DNA of 64,000 bases from Escherichia coli (GCF_024502345.1 NZ_JALDNN010000001.1); one strand, 5' to 3'. Positions 13,567 through 26,506 are shown, counted from the first letter of the stretch. Numbers and translations are program-made. Notes: generated by a model not told the origin, from the sequence alone.

Positions 13567-13600
13567 CCCGCACTCCCTTCCCCGAGTGCGGGTGTTTGCG
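13567..13600 (+). terminator. Rho-independent terminator after dctA
   Basis: cccgcactc...gagtgcggg hairpin followed by a T-rich tract. Confidence 0.6.
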
Positions 13601-13772
13601 CATAATTGACCCCTGTGCCTGAACTTACCACCTGGGTGAGTTCAGGTTTATTTCACTTCTTCCGTGACATTTTCATGTTCTTGCGGTCTAACACGAAGTG
13701 TTTTTAACGTCATTTAGACTGACCGACAACGGGCAGTTTTTTTATTACCAGGATAGTTGATCAGGGGTTCAC

Positions 13773-15269
13773 ATGCAGGGCACAAAAATTCGACTTTTAG
13801 CGGGCGGTTTGCTGATGATGGCCACTGCTGGCTATGTGCAGGCAGATGCGCTCCAGCCTGATCCAGCATGGCAACAGGGGACGCTTTCCAACGGTTTACA
13901 GTGGCAAGTGCTGACCACCCCCCAGCGTCCCAGCGATCGTGTTGAAATTCGCCTGCTGGTTAATACCGGTTCGCTCGCCGAAAGTACACAACAGAGCGGT
14001 TACAGTCACGCCATCCCTCGTATTGCGCTAACGCAAAGCGGTGGCCTTGACGCAGCACAGGCGCGTTCATTGTGGCTGCAGGGGATCGACCCTAAACGCC
14101 CGATGCCGCCGGTAATTGTCTCTTATGACACCACGCTGTTTAATCTGAGTTTGCCCAATAACCGTAACGATTTGCTGAAAGAGGCGCTCTCTTATCTGGC
14201 AAATGCCACTGGCAAACTGACTATCACGCCAGAAACCATCAACCACGCGCTGCAAAGTCAGGACATGGTGGCAACCTGGCCTGCCGATACTAAAGAGGGC
14301 TGGTGGCGCTATCGTCTGAAAGGGTCAACCTTGTTAGGTCACGATCCTGCCGATCCGCTGAAACAACCCGTTGAAGCGGAAAAGATTAAAGATTTCTATC
14401 AGAAATGGTACACCCCGGATGCAATGACGCTGCTGGTGGTGGGAAACGTGGATGCGCGCTCGGTTGTCGACCAAATCAACAAAACGTTTGGCGAACTGAA
14501 AGGCAAACGTGAAACACCGGCTCCGGTGCCGACGCTTTCTCCGCTGCGTGCGGAAGCGGTGAGTATTATGACTGACGCGGTGCGTCAGGACCGGTTATCT
14601 ATCATGTGGGATACGCCGTGGCAGCCGATTCGTGAATCAGCCGCACTGCTGCGCTACTGGCGTGCGGACCTGGCCCGTGAGGCGCTGTTCTGGCATGTTC
14701 AGCAAGCGTTAAGCGCCAGTAACAGCAAAGACATCGGTCTTGGATTTGACTGCCGTGTGCTGTATCTGCGTGCGCAGTGTGCCATCAACATCGAATCACC
14801 AAACGACAAGCTGAACAGCAACCTTAATCTGGTGGCGCGTGAACTGGCGAAGGTTCGCGATAAAGGTCTGCCGGAAGAAGAGTTCAATGCGTTAGTGGCG
14901 CAAAAGAAACTGGAGCTGCAGAAACTGTTTGCCGCCTATGCACGAGCTGATACCGATATTCTGATGGGTCAGCGGATGCGTTCGTTGCAAAATCAGGTTG
15001 TCGATATCGCGCCGGAGCAGTATCAGAAACTGCGGCAGGATTTCCTTAACAGCCTGACTGTGGAGATGTTAAATCAGGATCTGCGTCAGCAGTTGTCGAA
15101 TGATATGGCGTTAATACTGCTGCAGCCGAAAGGCGAGCCAGAATTTAACATGAAAGCGTTGCAGGCGGCCTGGGATCAAATCATGGCCCCATCTACCGCC
15201 GCTGCGACCACCTCTGTCGCCACGGATGACGTACATCCTGAAGTGACGGATATTCCACCTGCACAGTAA
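13773..15269 (+). CDS. yhjJ: Putative M16-family zinc peptidase, periplasmic
   Basis: 498-aa ORF with signal peptide. Confidence 0.88.
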   Translation: MQGTKIRLLAGGLLMMATAGYVQADALQPDPAWQQGTLSNGLQWQVLTTPQRPSDRVEIRLLVNTGSLAESTQQSGYSHAIPRIALTQSGGLDAAQARSLWLQGIDPKRPMPPVIVSYDTTLFNLSLPNNRNDLLKEALSYLANATGKLTITPETINHALQSQDMVATWPADTKEGWWRYRLKGSTLLGHDPADPLKQPVEAEKIKDFYQKWYTPDAMTLLVVGNVDARSVVDQINKTFGELKGKRETPAPVPTLSPLRAEAVSIMTDAVRQDRLSIMWDTPWQPIRESAALLRYWRADLAREALFWHVQQALSASNSKDIGLGFDCRVLYLRAQCAINIESPNDKLNSNLNLVARELAKVRDKGLPEEEFNALVAQKKLELQKLFAAYARADTDILMGQRMRSLQNQVVDIAPEQYQKLRQDFLNSLTVEMLNQDLRQQLSNDMALILLQPKGEPEFNMKALQAAWDQIMAPSTAAATTSVATDDVHPEVTDIPPAQ

Positions 15270-15270
15270 T

Positions 15271-15302
15271 GCCTGATGGTGATGAGTTAGCACAACCATC
15301 AG
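15271..15302. terminator. Bidirectional terminator between convergent yhjJ and kdgK
   Basis: cctgatggt...accatcagg inverted repeat. Confidence 0.5.
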
Positions 15303-15364
15303 GTATTTATGGATGAGCTGGATAGAGGGGTAACACTTTATCCAGCCTTTTGCATATGCTGCGT

Positions 15365-16294
15365 TTACGCTGGCATCGCCTCACGCGGGATAATCGCGCC
15401 GCGATACTGAATAACGGTACTTGCAGTCAAATGCCCACGTTTCGCGGCATCTTCCGCACTACCGCCTGTCAAACGTACCGCCAGATAACCGGCACTGAAA
15501 GAGTCGCCAGCTGCGGTGGTATCGATCACTTTTTCTTTCGGCAGTTTCACCGCCGGAACATCCACTAACCCTTCGCCAGCAATGGACACCAGGCAAGAAT
15601 CCGCCCCGCGTTTCACCACCACTTCTTTCACGCCCGCGTTATGGGTGCGCGCAATGACGTCTTCCACCGGCTGTTGACCCCACAGCGCGTCTTCATCGTC
15701 CAGCGTCAGGAAGGCGATATCCGTGCATTCCAGCATTTGCTGGTACACCTGCTGTGTCTCTGCTTTGCTGGCCCACAGGCGCGGACGATAGTTATTGTCG
15801 AAAATCACTTTTCCGCCGTTGGCGCGGCATTCGCGCAGCAGGGAAAGCAGTTTCTCGCGGCTGGTCGGGCTTAAGATCGCCAGGCTAATCCCGCTCAGGT
15901 AGAGATAATCGAAATTCGCCAGCTCTGCACAAATCGCCGCAGACTGCTCGCTCTCCAGCCAGAATTTGGCAGCGGCTTCGTTACGCCAGTAGTAGAACGT
16001 ACGTTCGCCGGTGCTGTCGGTTTCAATGTAGTAAAGGCCCGGCAGACGGTTTTCCATCCGTTGGGTCAGGGAAGTATCAACGTTCTCGCCGTGCCAGGCG
16101 TCCAGCATCTGCTGGCTAAAACTGTCCGTTCCCAGCGCCGTTACGTAATGAACGGTTAATGCCGCAGGATCGACCTGACGGGCGATATAGACGGAAGTGT
16201 TCAGGGTATCGCCGCCGAAACCGCGCTTAACGTCCGCGCCTTTCTCGGAAAGCTCAATCATGCATTCGCCAATCACGGCAATCTTTTTGGACAT
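15365..16294 (-). CDS. kdgK: 2-dehydro-3-deoxygluconokinase
   Basis: 309 aa from ATG at 16294 (MSKKIAVIGE...), PfkB ribokinase family; the ORF track's 425-aa version is an upstream in-frame extension. Confidence 0.92.
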   Translation of the reverse strand: MSKKIAVIGECMIELSEKGADVKRGFGGDTLNTSVYIARQVDPAALTVHYVTALGTDSFSQQMLDAWHGENVDTSLTQRMENRLPGLYYIETDSTGERTFYYWRNEAAAKFWLESEQSAAICAELANFDYLYLSGISLAILSPTSREKLLSLLRECRANGGKVIFDNNYRPRLWASKAETQQVYQQMLECTDIAFLTLDDEDALWGQQPVEDVIARTHNAGVKEVVVKRGADSCLVSIAGEGLVDVPAVKLPKEKVIDTTAAGDSFSAGYLAVRLTGGSAEDAAKRGHLTASTVIQYRGAIIPREAMPA

Positions 16295-16525
16295 AGTCGT
16301 GAACCTGATCTGTAAAAAATTAGCGTTAGTTTGCGCTGTGGTGGTTTGCTGGTCAACCATATTAAAACAGTGTTCCATTATTTTTTTGAGCCAGAACGTA
16401 TTCCTGAAAGATTCCGTTGTGGAGTGAGGAAATTTACCCCGGCCAGGCGGTAAAGTTCTGCCCTTACGCGCCGATAATCTTTGTCGAGTCCAGGCAGCAT
16501 CACTTTTAAACACAGGACATCTTTG

Positions 16526-17293
16526 ATGATAAGGCAGGTTATCCAGCGAATAAGCAACCCTGAAGCAAGCATCGAGAGCTTGCAGGAACGGCGTTTTTGG
16601 TTGCAGTGTGAGCGTGCTTACACCTGGCAGCCGATCTATCAAACATGCGGGCGGTTAATGGCCGTGGAGCTATTAACGGTGGTCACGCATCCCTTGAACC
16701 CTTCGCAACGCCTGCCGCCGGATCGCTATTTTACTGAAATCACCGTCAGCCATCGGATGGAGGTTGTGAAAGAGCAGATTGATTTGCTGGCGCAAAAAGC
16801 CGACTTCTTTATAGAGCACGGCCTGCTGGCATCGGTCAATATTGATGGCCCTACGCTCATCGCCCTGCGTCAGCAACCAAAAATCCTGCGCCAGATTGAG
16901 CGTCTTCCCTGGCTGCGTTTCGAACTGGTGGAACACATCCGCCTGCCGAAAGATTCAACCTTTGCCTCGATGTGTGAATTTGGCCCGCTGTGGCTGGATG
17001 ATTTTGGCACCGGGATGGCAAATTTCTCTGCGCTAAGTGAAGTGCGTTATGACTACATCAAAATCGCGCGAGAGCTGTTCGTGATGCTGCGTCAGTCGCC
17101 GGAAGGCCGCACACTCTTTTCTCAGCTTTTACATCTAATGAATCGCTATTGTCGCGGGGTGATTGTCGAGGGCGTAGAAACGCCGGAAGAGTGGCGTGAT
17201 GTACAGAACTCGCCCGCATTCGCCGCACAAGGCTGGTTTCTTTCACGCCCGGCACCGATAGAAACGCTGAATACGGCGGTTCTGGCGCTATAA
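16526..17293 (+). CDS. pdeH: c-di-GMP phosphodiesterase (EAL only)
   Basis: 255 aa from MIRQVIQR...; EAL-domain sequence. Confidence 0.9.
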   Translation: MIRQVIQRISNPEASIESLQERRFWLQCERAYTWQPIYQTCGRLMAVELLTVVTHPLNPSQRLPPDRYFTEITVSHRMEVVKEQIDLLAQKADFFIEHGLLASVNIDGPTLIALRQQPKILRQIERLPWLRFELVEHIRLPKDSTFASMCEFGPLWLDDFGTGMANFSALSEVRYDYIKIARELFVMLRQSPEGRTLFSQLLHLMNRYCRGVIVEGVETPEEWRDVQNSPAFAAQGWFLSRPAPIETLNTAVLAL

Positions 17294-17362
17294 GCTGCCT
17301 CATTTTCCGCCTGGCTGGACTATCTTTAGGACTGGCACAGGAAGAATATGAGGAAGCGAACG

Positions 17363-19423
17363 ATGAGCAAGGCAGGCAAAATAACCGCTGCGATTTCAGG
17401 GGCTTTCTTGTTGTTGATTGTCGTGGCGATCATTTTGATTGCAACTTTTGACTGGAATCGACTCAAACCGACCATCAACCAGAAAGTCTCTGCGGAGTTG
17501 AATCGTCCGTTCGCTATCCGTGGCGATCTGGGCGTGGTGTGGGAGCGGCAAAAACAAGAAACTGGCTGGCGCAGCTGGGTGCCATGGCCCCATGTACACG
17601 CGGAAGACATCATTCTTGGCAATCCACCGGATATTCCCGAAGTCACGATGGTGCATTTGCCACGCGTAGAGGCAACGCTGGCACCGCTGGCGCTGCTGAC
17701 CAAAACGGTCTGGCTGCCGTGGATCAAGCTCGAAAAGCCCGACGCGCGCCTGATTCGCCTCTCTGAAAAGAACAATAACTGGACGTTTAATCTTGCCAAC
17801 GATGACAACAAAGACGCGAATGCAAAGCCGTCGGCATGGTCGTTTCGGCTGGATAATATTCTGTTCGATCAAGGGCGGATCGCTATTGATGACAAAGTAA
17901 GCAAAGCGGATCTGGAAATTTTTGTCGATCCGTTAGGCAAGCCGCTGCCGTTCAGCGAAGTTACTGGATCGAAAGGTAAAGCGGATAAAGAAAAGGTCGG
18001 CGATTACGTTTTTGGCCTGAAGGCGCAGGGACGTTATAACGGTGAACCGCTCACGGGTAAGGGTAAAATTGGCGGTATGCTGGCGCTGCGTGGTGAAGGG
18101 ACGCCGTTTCCGGTACAGGCTGATTTCCGTTCAGGTAATACCCGTGTTGCTTTTGATGGCGTCGTGAATGACCCAATGAAGATGGGCGGTGTCGATTTAC
18201 GGCTTAAATTTTCTGGCGATTCACTGGGTGATCTCTATGAACTGACGGGCGTTCTGCTGCCCGATACCCCGCCGTTTGAAACGGATGGTCGGCTGGTAGC
18301 GAAAATCGACACTGAAAAATCGTCGGTCTTTGATTATCGCGGCTTTAATGGGCGAATTGGCGATAGCGATATCCACGGTTCTCTGGTCTACACCACCGGC
18401 AAGCCACGACCAAAACTGGAAGGTGATGTCGAGTCGCGGCAATTGCGGCTGGCGGACCTGGGACCGTTGATTGGCGTTGATTCCGGGAAAGGGGCAGAAA
18501 AGTCGAAACGGTCTGAACAGAAGAAGGGCGAAAAAAGCGTTCAGCCTGCGGGTAAAGTGCTGCCTTATGACCGCTTCGAAACCGATAAATGGGACGTCAT
18601 GGATGCCGATGTTCGTTTCAAAGGCCGACGTATCGAGCATGGCAGTAGCCTGCCGATTAGCGATCTTTCTACTCATATCATCCTCAAAAATGCTGACCTG
18701 CGCCTGCAACCGCTGAAATTTGGCATGGCGGGCGGCAGCATTGCGGCGAATATTCATCTGGAAGGCGATAAAAAGCCGATGCAGGGGCGGGCAGATATTC
18801 AGGCTCGTCGACTGAAACTGAAAGAACTGATGCCCGATGTGGAACTGATGCAGAAGACGCTGGGGGAAATGAACGGTGACGCGGAACTACGCGGTAGCGG
18901 TAACTCGGTGGCGGCGCTTTTAGGCAACAGTAACGGCAACCTGAAACTGTTGATGAATGACGGGCTGGTGAGCCGCAACCTGATGGAGATTGTTGGGCTG
19001 AATGTCGGCAACTACATTGTCGGTGCGATATTTGGTGACGATGAGGTGCGGGTGAACTGCGCGGCGGCGAATCTGAATATTGCCAACGGCGTGGCGCGCC
19101 CGCAGATTTTTGCTTTCGATACTGAGAACGCGTTGATTAACGTTACCGGCACGGCAAGTTTTGCTTCGGAACAGCTGGATTTGACTATTGATCCGGAGAG
19201 TAAAGGTATTCGGATTATCACACTGCGTTCGCCGCTGTATGTGCGGGGGACGTTTAAAAATCCGCAGGCTGGGGTGAAAGCCGGACCGTTGATTGCCCGT
19301 GGTGCTGTTGCTGCGGCACTGGCAACGCTGGTAACACCTGCGGCGGCGTTGCTGGCACTGATCTCACCTTCCGAAGGGGAGGCTAATCAGTGCCGGACGA
19401 TTTTGTCGCAGATGAAGAAGTGA
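17363..19423 (+). CDS. yhjG: AsmA-family envelope protein
   Basis: 686 aa from second ATG (GAGGA 7 nt upstream); N-terminal TM anchor; alternative start at 17348. Confidence 0.85.
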   Translation: MSKAGKITAAISGAFLLLIVVAIILIATFDWNRLKPTINQKVSAELNRPFAIRGDLGVVWERQKQETGWRSWVPWPHVHAEDIILGNPPDIPEVTMVHLPRVEATLAPLALLTKTVWLPWIKLEKPDARLIRLSEKNNNWTFNLANDDNKDANAKPSAWSFRLDNILFDQGRIAIDDKVSKADLEIFVDPLGKPLPFSEVTGSKGKADKEKVGDYVFGLKAQGRYNGEPLTGKGKIGGMLALRGEGTPFPVQADFRSGNTRVAFDGVVNDPMKMGGVDLRLKFSGDSLGDLYELTGVLLPDTPPFETDGRLVAKIDTEKSSVFDYRGFNGRIGDSDIHGSLVYTTGKPRPKLEGDVESRQLRLADLGPLIGVDSGKGAEKSKRSEQKKGEKSVQPAGKVLPYDRFETDKWDVMDADVRFKGRRIEHGSSLPISDLSTHIILKNADLRLQPLKFGMAGGSIAANIHLEGDKKPMQGRADIQARRLKLKELMPDVELMQKTLGEMNGDAELRGSGNSVAALLGNSNGNLKLLMNDGLVSRNLMEIVGLNVGNYIVGAIFGDDEVRVNCAAANLNIANGVARPQIFAFDTENALINVTGTASFASEQLDLTIDPESKGIRIITLRSPLYVRGTFKNPQAGVKAGPLIARGAVAAALATLVTPAAALLALISPSEGEANQCRTILSQMKK

Positions 19424-19427
19424 TGAT

Positions 19428-19600
19428 AATTGCCGGATGTCTGACATCCGGCAATTAAACAGATTTAGATTGTTGGCAAAGTGTGCTTTGTTCATGCCGG
19501 ATGCGGCGTTAACGCCTTATCCGGCCTACAAATCCTTGTGAATTCAATATATTGTATGGAAATTCAGGCCTGATAAGCGTAGCGCATCAGGCTTTTCACA
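19428..19600. repeat. Terminator hairpin plus REP elements
   Basis: gccggatgtctgacatccggc hairpin, then REP-like gccggatgcggcgttaacgccttatccggcctac and gcctgataagcgtagcgcatcaggc. Confidence 0.6.
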
Positions 19601-19604
19601 CTTA

Positions 19605-20927
19605 TTACAACGACTGATGTCGCGTCTCATGGGTCAGCAGCAGGGCGATTAACGTCAAGCCAGCCATCGCCGCCAGATATAACCCCACCGCACCTAACCC
19701 GTAGTTAGTCTGCAACCAGGCTGCGATATACGGCGCAACGGAAGCCCCGAGAATCGACGCTACGTTGTAAGAGAATGATGCTCCGGTGTAACGCACTTCT
19801 GTTGGGAACAGCTCTGGTAACAGCGCGCCCATCGGCCCGAAGGTCAGCCCCATCAGACTTAACCCCAGCAGCAGGAAGGCAAAAACCAGAATCGGGTTGC
19901 CAGAACCGAGCAGCGGGTTAAAGGCGAACAGCGCGAACAGGATGATCAGCGTGGTGATAATTACCATGCTTTTACGGCGACCAAAGGCATCAGCCAGTAA
20001 TCCGGCGACTGGCACCATCACGCCAAAACCAATAACTGCCATCATCAGCATCCACAACACTTCGTTACGCGGCAGGCCAAGCCCAACTGGCGCGGCGGCG
20101 GTACTGAAGGTCATAGAGTAGACCGTCATGATGTAAAACAGCGTATAGGTTGCCAGCATAATGAACGTACCCAGTACGGTTACGCGAACATGTTTGGTTA
20201 GCAGCGTACCCAGCGGGATCTTCACCTGTTTTTTCGCTTTAGCGACTTTCTCAAACACCGGCGACTCATGCAGCGACACGCGAACATACAGGCCGATAAT
20301 GACCAACACCGCCGAGAAGATAAATGGCACACGCCAGCCCCAGCTCATAAACTGCTCGTCGGTCAGTAGCCAGGAAAGCAGCAAGAAAGTGCCGTTGGCA
20401 AAGAAGAAGCCAATCGGTGCGCCCAGCTGTGGGAAGGAGCCATACAGTGCACGTTTGCGCGGGGGGGCGTTTTCAGTCGCCAGCAGCGCCGCGCCGCCCC
20501 ATTCACCGCCTAAGCCCAGACCCTGACCAAATCGAGCCAGCGCCAGCAGCAGCGGGGCGAAAATACCAATCGTGGCATAGCCCGGCAGCAGACCAATCAC
20601 CACGGTCGAAATCCCCATCGTTAGCAACGAGGCGACCAGCGTCGCTTTACGCCCAACGCGATCGCCAAAATGACCAAATACGGCAGAGCCAATGGGGCGC
20701 GCGACGAAGGCGATGGCGAAGGTGGCGAGCGACTGTAGCGTTGCTGCCGTAGGATCGCCCTGCGGGAAGAAGATATGCGGAAACACAATAACGGCCGCAG
20801 TGGCGTAAATGTAAAAGTCGAAGAACTCAATGGCCGTGCCAATGAGAGAGGCGACAAGGACTTTATTACGCGAGTTGATCGGCGTGTATTCTTGCTCGTG
20901 GTCGAGTGTTGTGGCTGTTGCTTGCAT
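19605..20927 (-). CDS. yhjE: MFS transporter
   Basis: 440-aa 12-TM MFS-type sequence. Confidence 0.9.
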   Translation of the reverse strand: MQATATTLDHEQEYTPINSRNKVLVASLIGTAIEFFDFYIYATAAVIVFPHIFFPQGDPTAATLQSLATFAIAFVARPIGSAVFGHFGDRVGRKATLVASLLTMGISTVVIGLLPGYATIGIFAPLLLALARFGQGLGLGGEWGGAALLATENAPPRKRALYGSFPQLGAPIGFFFANGTFLLLSWLLTDEQFMSWGWRVPFIFSAVLVIIGLYVRVSLHESPVFEKVAKAKKQVKIPLGTLLTKHVRVTVLGTFIMLATYTLFYIMTVYSMTFSTAAAPVGLGLPRNEVLWMLMMAVIGFGVMVPVAGLLADAFGRRKSMVIITTLIILFALFAFNPLLGSGNPILVFAFLLLGLSLMGLTFGPMGALLPELFPTEVRYTGASFSYNVASILGASVAPYIAAWLQTNYGLGAVGLYLAAMAGLTLIALLLTHETRHQSL

Positions 20928-21242
20928 AATCTTTTCTTATTTTTTGGCTAACGAATAGCCATATTACGCACAGCAAAAGTGATATTTCAATGTGTAACAA
21001 ATCGCGGAAATGGTCAAAAACTAGGCAAAAAGGGGATAATGTTTAGGCCAGTGATTTTTCTTCTATGAAATGCTTCACATAATTTTATAAATGGTGGATA
21101 AAACTGGTTTCAGGTTAAATAAAAGTTACCAACTGGATTTATATGCTGGGGTTATGAGTTGGCATGAAATTGTTTGCTCCTGAAGAGATGTAGTTTCAGG
21201 TGGTTATGTGCATGTCATTGCCTGGTCTCTGGCCGGCTTGTA

Positions 21243-21283
21243 CCCCCTCACCCTAACCCTCTCCCCGGAGGGGCGAGGGGATC
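21243..21283. repeat. GC-rich imperfect palindrome (box C-like intergenic repeat)
   Basis: ccctcaccctaaccctctccccggaggggcgagggg. Confidence 0.35.
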
Positions 21284-21318
21284 GACCGTGCGTTTATCAG
21301 GCATTATAAACCAATGAA

Positions 21319-22332
21319 TTACCGCTGCGTTTTCCCCGGCATTCGCGGGTCGTCTTTATATTCGGCGGTGGCAATCCACGCCGCGCAAAACAGCGTCAAA
21401 CGGGCGAAGAAGTAGAAAAATGCCATCAGCCCCAGCACGGAACCAAATGCTGCACCAGAGGGGGATTTCATCAACGATGGCAGGGTGTAGGTCATCACGA
21501 TTTTAATCACTTCAAAACCAATAGCAGCCAGAAATGTTCCGCGAATCAGGGCTTTTTTGCGCGGACGGTGGCGCGGCAACCGCCAGAAGATCCAGAAGAA
21601 AAGCAGATAGTTGGCGAAGATGGAAATCGCCAGGCCAATCAACCGCCACGTCGGTTTCAGCCACTCAATGCTGTTCAGGTGCAGGGCGCTAATAATCATT
21701 TGCTGCGCCGAACCGGCAACCGAGGTGATCGAAAGCGTCACAATCAGCGCAATCAACAAACCAATCAGCGAAATAAAATCACGCAGATATTTTACCCAGA
21801 ACTTCTCCTGATCTTGCGGCGAGCGTTCCCAGACATCGCGCGACTGGGCGCGAATCGCTTCACGCAGGTTACCCATCCAGTTGATGCCGGAATAAAGCGC
21901 CACCGCCAGGCCGACAAGCCCTACAGTCGTACGCTGCTGAACGGCGGTGTTGATGGTGTTTTTCAACGTAGCGGCTAGCGTCGGATCGCTGATGTTTTGC
22001 AGAATTTTGTCGAAGATATCCTGTAGCAACATCGGATGGGAGGCCAGCACAAAGCCCCCTGCGGCAAACGACACCATCAAAATCGGGATCATCGACAAAA
22101 ATGAGAAATAGGTGATAGCCGCACCAAACTGGTTACCCAGCCGATCGTTAAAGCGTTCTGTCGCGCGAATAAGGTGCGCAATAATCGGTTGGCGTTGGAC
22201 TTTTTCGGCAGTGGTGGTGACGGTTTCCAGCGCCTGGCTAACTTTGCCGCCTTTCTCGCTATTATCCAACGGCTTAATCGGCTCGTGCTCCAGATCCTGA
22301 GTGGGACGTTTGATCTCGTTTTCCTGCGTCAT
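21319..22332 (-). CDS. yhjD: Inner membrane protein, YihY/virulence-factor BrkB family
   Basis: 337-aa polytopic membrane ORF. Confidence 0.88.
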   Translation of the reverse strand: MTQENEIKRPTQDLEHEPIKPLDNSEKGGKVSQALETVTTTAEKVQRQPIIAHLIRATERFNDRLGNQFGAAITYFSFLSMIPILMVSFAAGGFVLASHPMLLQDIFDKILQNISDPTLAATLKNTINTAVQQRTTVGLVGLAVALYSGINWMGNLREAIRAQSRDVWERSPQDQEKFWVKYLRDFISLIGLLIALIVTLSITSVAGSAQQMIISALHLNSIEWLKPTWRLIGLAISIFANYLLFFWIFWRLPRHRPRKKALIRGTFLAAIGFEVIKIVMTYTLPSLMKSPSGAAFGSVLGLMAFFYFFARLTLFCAAWIATAEYKDDPRMPGKTQR

Positions 22333-22380
22333 CCGCTCTTTTGTCCTTCTGTCGTGGTCATTCTTAAAAAGTATAGTCGG

Positions 22381-23280
22381 TCAGTCCAGGTACTCTTTCA
22401 TTACGCCAGCCAGCCACTGCATAAACAGGTTTACACGCCGGGAAAGCTCCCGACGCTGCGGATAAACCAGCGAAAGGGAGAGCGGCTCGGCACGGTAGCC
22501 TGGCAACACTTCAATAAGCCGCCCGGCACGCAGGGCTTCGCGCACGGCAATGCGCGGGATCTGAATAATCCCCAGACCGGCAAGACCGGCAGCGAGATAG
22601 TTTTCGCTACTGTTTACCGTCAACATGCCGCCAGACTTAAACCACTGGACGCCATTAACGCTGGCAACCTCAAAACCTAACGGATGTACACCCAGGTGCG
22701 GTGTATAACGCACTATTGCGTGTGAAGTCAGATCATCGGGGCTTTGCGGATAACCAAAGCGCGTCAGATAGTGCGGACTGGCACAGTTGACCATGGTCAG
22801 TTTGCCGAGGGGACGGGCGATAACGCCATCTTCCGGTAACGCGCCAGTGCGTATCACGCAATCAAAACCATCATGAAGAATATCTACCGGACGGTCATGG
22901 CTACTCAGTTCCAGCTCAATTCCCGGATGCAGATAGAGAAATTCCGACAGGCGCGGCAGTAACAGGCTTTTCGCGATTCCTGGCGGGATGTCGATGCGTA
23001 ATTTACCGCTGATACTGGTGGCATCCTGTTGAAACAGACCGTCCAGTTCGTTGATATTACTCAACACATCTTTTGCCCGTTGATAATAGGTCATGCCTTC
23101 TGGCGTGAGTTTGACCCGTCGCGTGGTGCGCTGGAGAAGCTGGGTGCCAAGTTGATGTTCCAGTGCCTGTATCTGGCGCGAAACACTTCCCTTTGGCAAA
23201 GCAAAGAAATCCGCTGCGCGGGAAAAACTTTCCAGCTCCGCGACTTTGATGAACAACTGCATTGCGTGAATTTTATCCAT
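22381..23280 (-). CDS. yhjC: LysR-family transcriptional regulator
   Basis: 299 aa from MDKIHAMQLF...; HTH then substrate-binding domain; track ORF has a 24-codon upstream extension. Confidence 0.85.
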   Translation of the reverse strand: MDKIHAMQLFIKVAELESFSRAADFFALPKGSVSRQIQALEHQLGTQLLQRTTRRVKLTPEGMTYYQRAKDVLSNINELDGLFQQDATSISGKLRIDIPPGIAKSLLLPRLSEFLYLHPGIELELSSHDRPVDILHDGFDCVIRTGALPEDGVIARPLGKLTMVNCASPHYLTRFGYPQSPDDLTSHAIVRYTPHLGVHPLGFEVASVNGVQWFKSGGMLTVNSSENYLAAGLAGLGIIQIPRIAVREALRAGRLIEVLPGYRAEPLSLSLVYPQRRELSRRVNLFMQWLAGVMKEYLD

Positions 23281-23799
23281 TTCTTTGACCGATTGTTGTT
23301 CACAGCGAAACAGTAACGCACATATCGCATTGTTTATTGTTTTTTCTAACATCTAATGCCGGGTTTCACAATGTTGTCATGACGAATGTGGCGATTTCTC
23401 AGCAGGAAAAGGGCGGAATAGCTTTCTGAGAAAGGTGAATCCCCTTAAACAGAGCGTATTTTTCAGCGATTCCCTTTAAAGTGAATAGAGGACGTATTGG
23501 CTATTTGTGCTTATTTTTGTCTCATTGCCGTTTGTTATTTTGGCTTGTGGTCGCGGAATTTCATTTTTAATTGCATGCGTACTAACCATCAATATAAGGA
23601 AATCCTCAAAATTGTTTTAAATAGTGCCCTCGACATGTAATTTCAGGCGTTTAGCTGTAACTATTTATATCGGTAACTATTTTCTACGCGTCATCTCTGT
23701 AGAATGGCCACCGCCAAATGGCGAATTCTTATTTTTTTTCGCGGGTAATACCCTTCCACTACTTAAGTCTTTTTAACATATTCAGGTGGAGATTCAGTT

Positions 23800-24402
23800 A
23801 TGCAAATAGTCATGTTTGACAGGCAGTCAATATTTATTCATGGAATGAAAATCAGTTTACAGCAGCGTATTCCAGGAGTGAGTATTCAGGGGGCCAGTCA
23901 GGCAGACGAGTTATGGCAAAAGCTGGAAAGTTACCCTGAAGCTTTAGTTATGCTCGATGGCGATCAGGATGGTGAATTTTGCTACTGGCTGCTGCAAAAA
24001 ACCGTGGTGCAATTTCCTGAGGTTAAGGTGTTAATTACGGCGACGGATTGCAATAAACGGTGGTTACAGGAAGTTATCCATTTTAATGTGCTGGCCATTG
24101 TGCCTCGTGATTCAACCGTCGAGACATTTGCGTTGGCGGTAAATAGTGCGGCGATGGGGATGATGTTTCTGCCTGGAGACTGGCGGACGACGCCGGAAAA
24201 GGACATTAAAGATCTCAAATCGTTAAGCGCCCGCCAGCGGGAGATTTTAACCATGTTAGCGGCGGGCGAATCAAATAAGGAGATCGGCAGAGCGCTGAAT
24301 ATCAGTACTGGAACGGTAAAAGCGCATCTGGAATCCCTGTATCGCCGTCTGGAAGTGAAAAATCGCACCCAGGCGGCAATGATGTTAAATATCTCCTCCT
24401 GA
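23800..24402 (+). CDS. yhjB: LuxR/FixJ-type response-regulator-like protein
   Basis: 200 aa with C-terminal LuxR HTH (SARQREILTMLAAGESNKEIGRAL). Confidence 0.9.
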   Translation: MQIVMFDRQSIFIHGMKISLQQRIPGVSIQGASQADELWQKLESYPEALVMLDGDQDGEFCYWLLQKTVVQFPEVKVLITATDCNKRWLQEVIHFNVLAIVPRDSTVETFALAVNSAAMGMMFLPGDWRTTPEKDIKDLKSLSARQREILTMLAAGESNKEIGRALNISTGTVKAHLESLYRRLEVKNRTQAAMMLNISS

Positions 24403-24412
24403 AGAGGATAAT

Positions 24413-24449
24413 TTTACAGCCAGCAGGAAGTTAGCGGCTGGCTGTAAAA
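24413..24449. terminator. Bidirectional terminator between yhjB and treF
   Basis: acagccagc...gctggctgt hairpin. Confidence 0.55.
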
Positions 24450-24452
24450 ATA

Positions 24453-26132
<1,680 letters not shown>

Positions 26133-26506
26133 TTATCGGGCTTTTCTTTAAGGGTAGTCATTCGCTCCGCCTGGTGGGCGACAAAGCGTGCGGTGGATCA
26201 CGTTTATTAACCTGTCAAAAAATATAACGCACTAATATCAATGGAATTTATAAAAATACAGATTTCGTGTTGTTTTTCATTTTCAGAACATTCAATCCTG
26301 CTCTTGCCGCAATCATGATATGCCATTCCTGATCTGGGTAATAGGCATAGGCTATCTTATTGATAGTTTATATTCATGTAATTGATTGATTCCTATCAAA
26401 AAGCGTATCTCCCTGTTTTTTATGATGGCTTTGTCTCGCAGAGACGTTTGCAGCATTCTGGAAAATTTTCTGGGTCACAATAACTCACCACCGTGAGGGA
26501 AGAATA

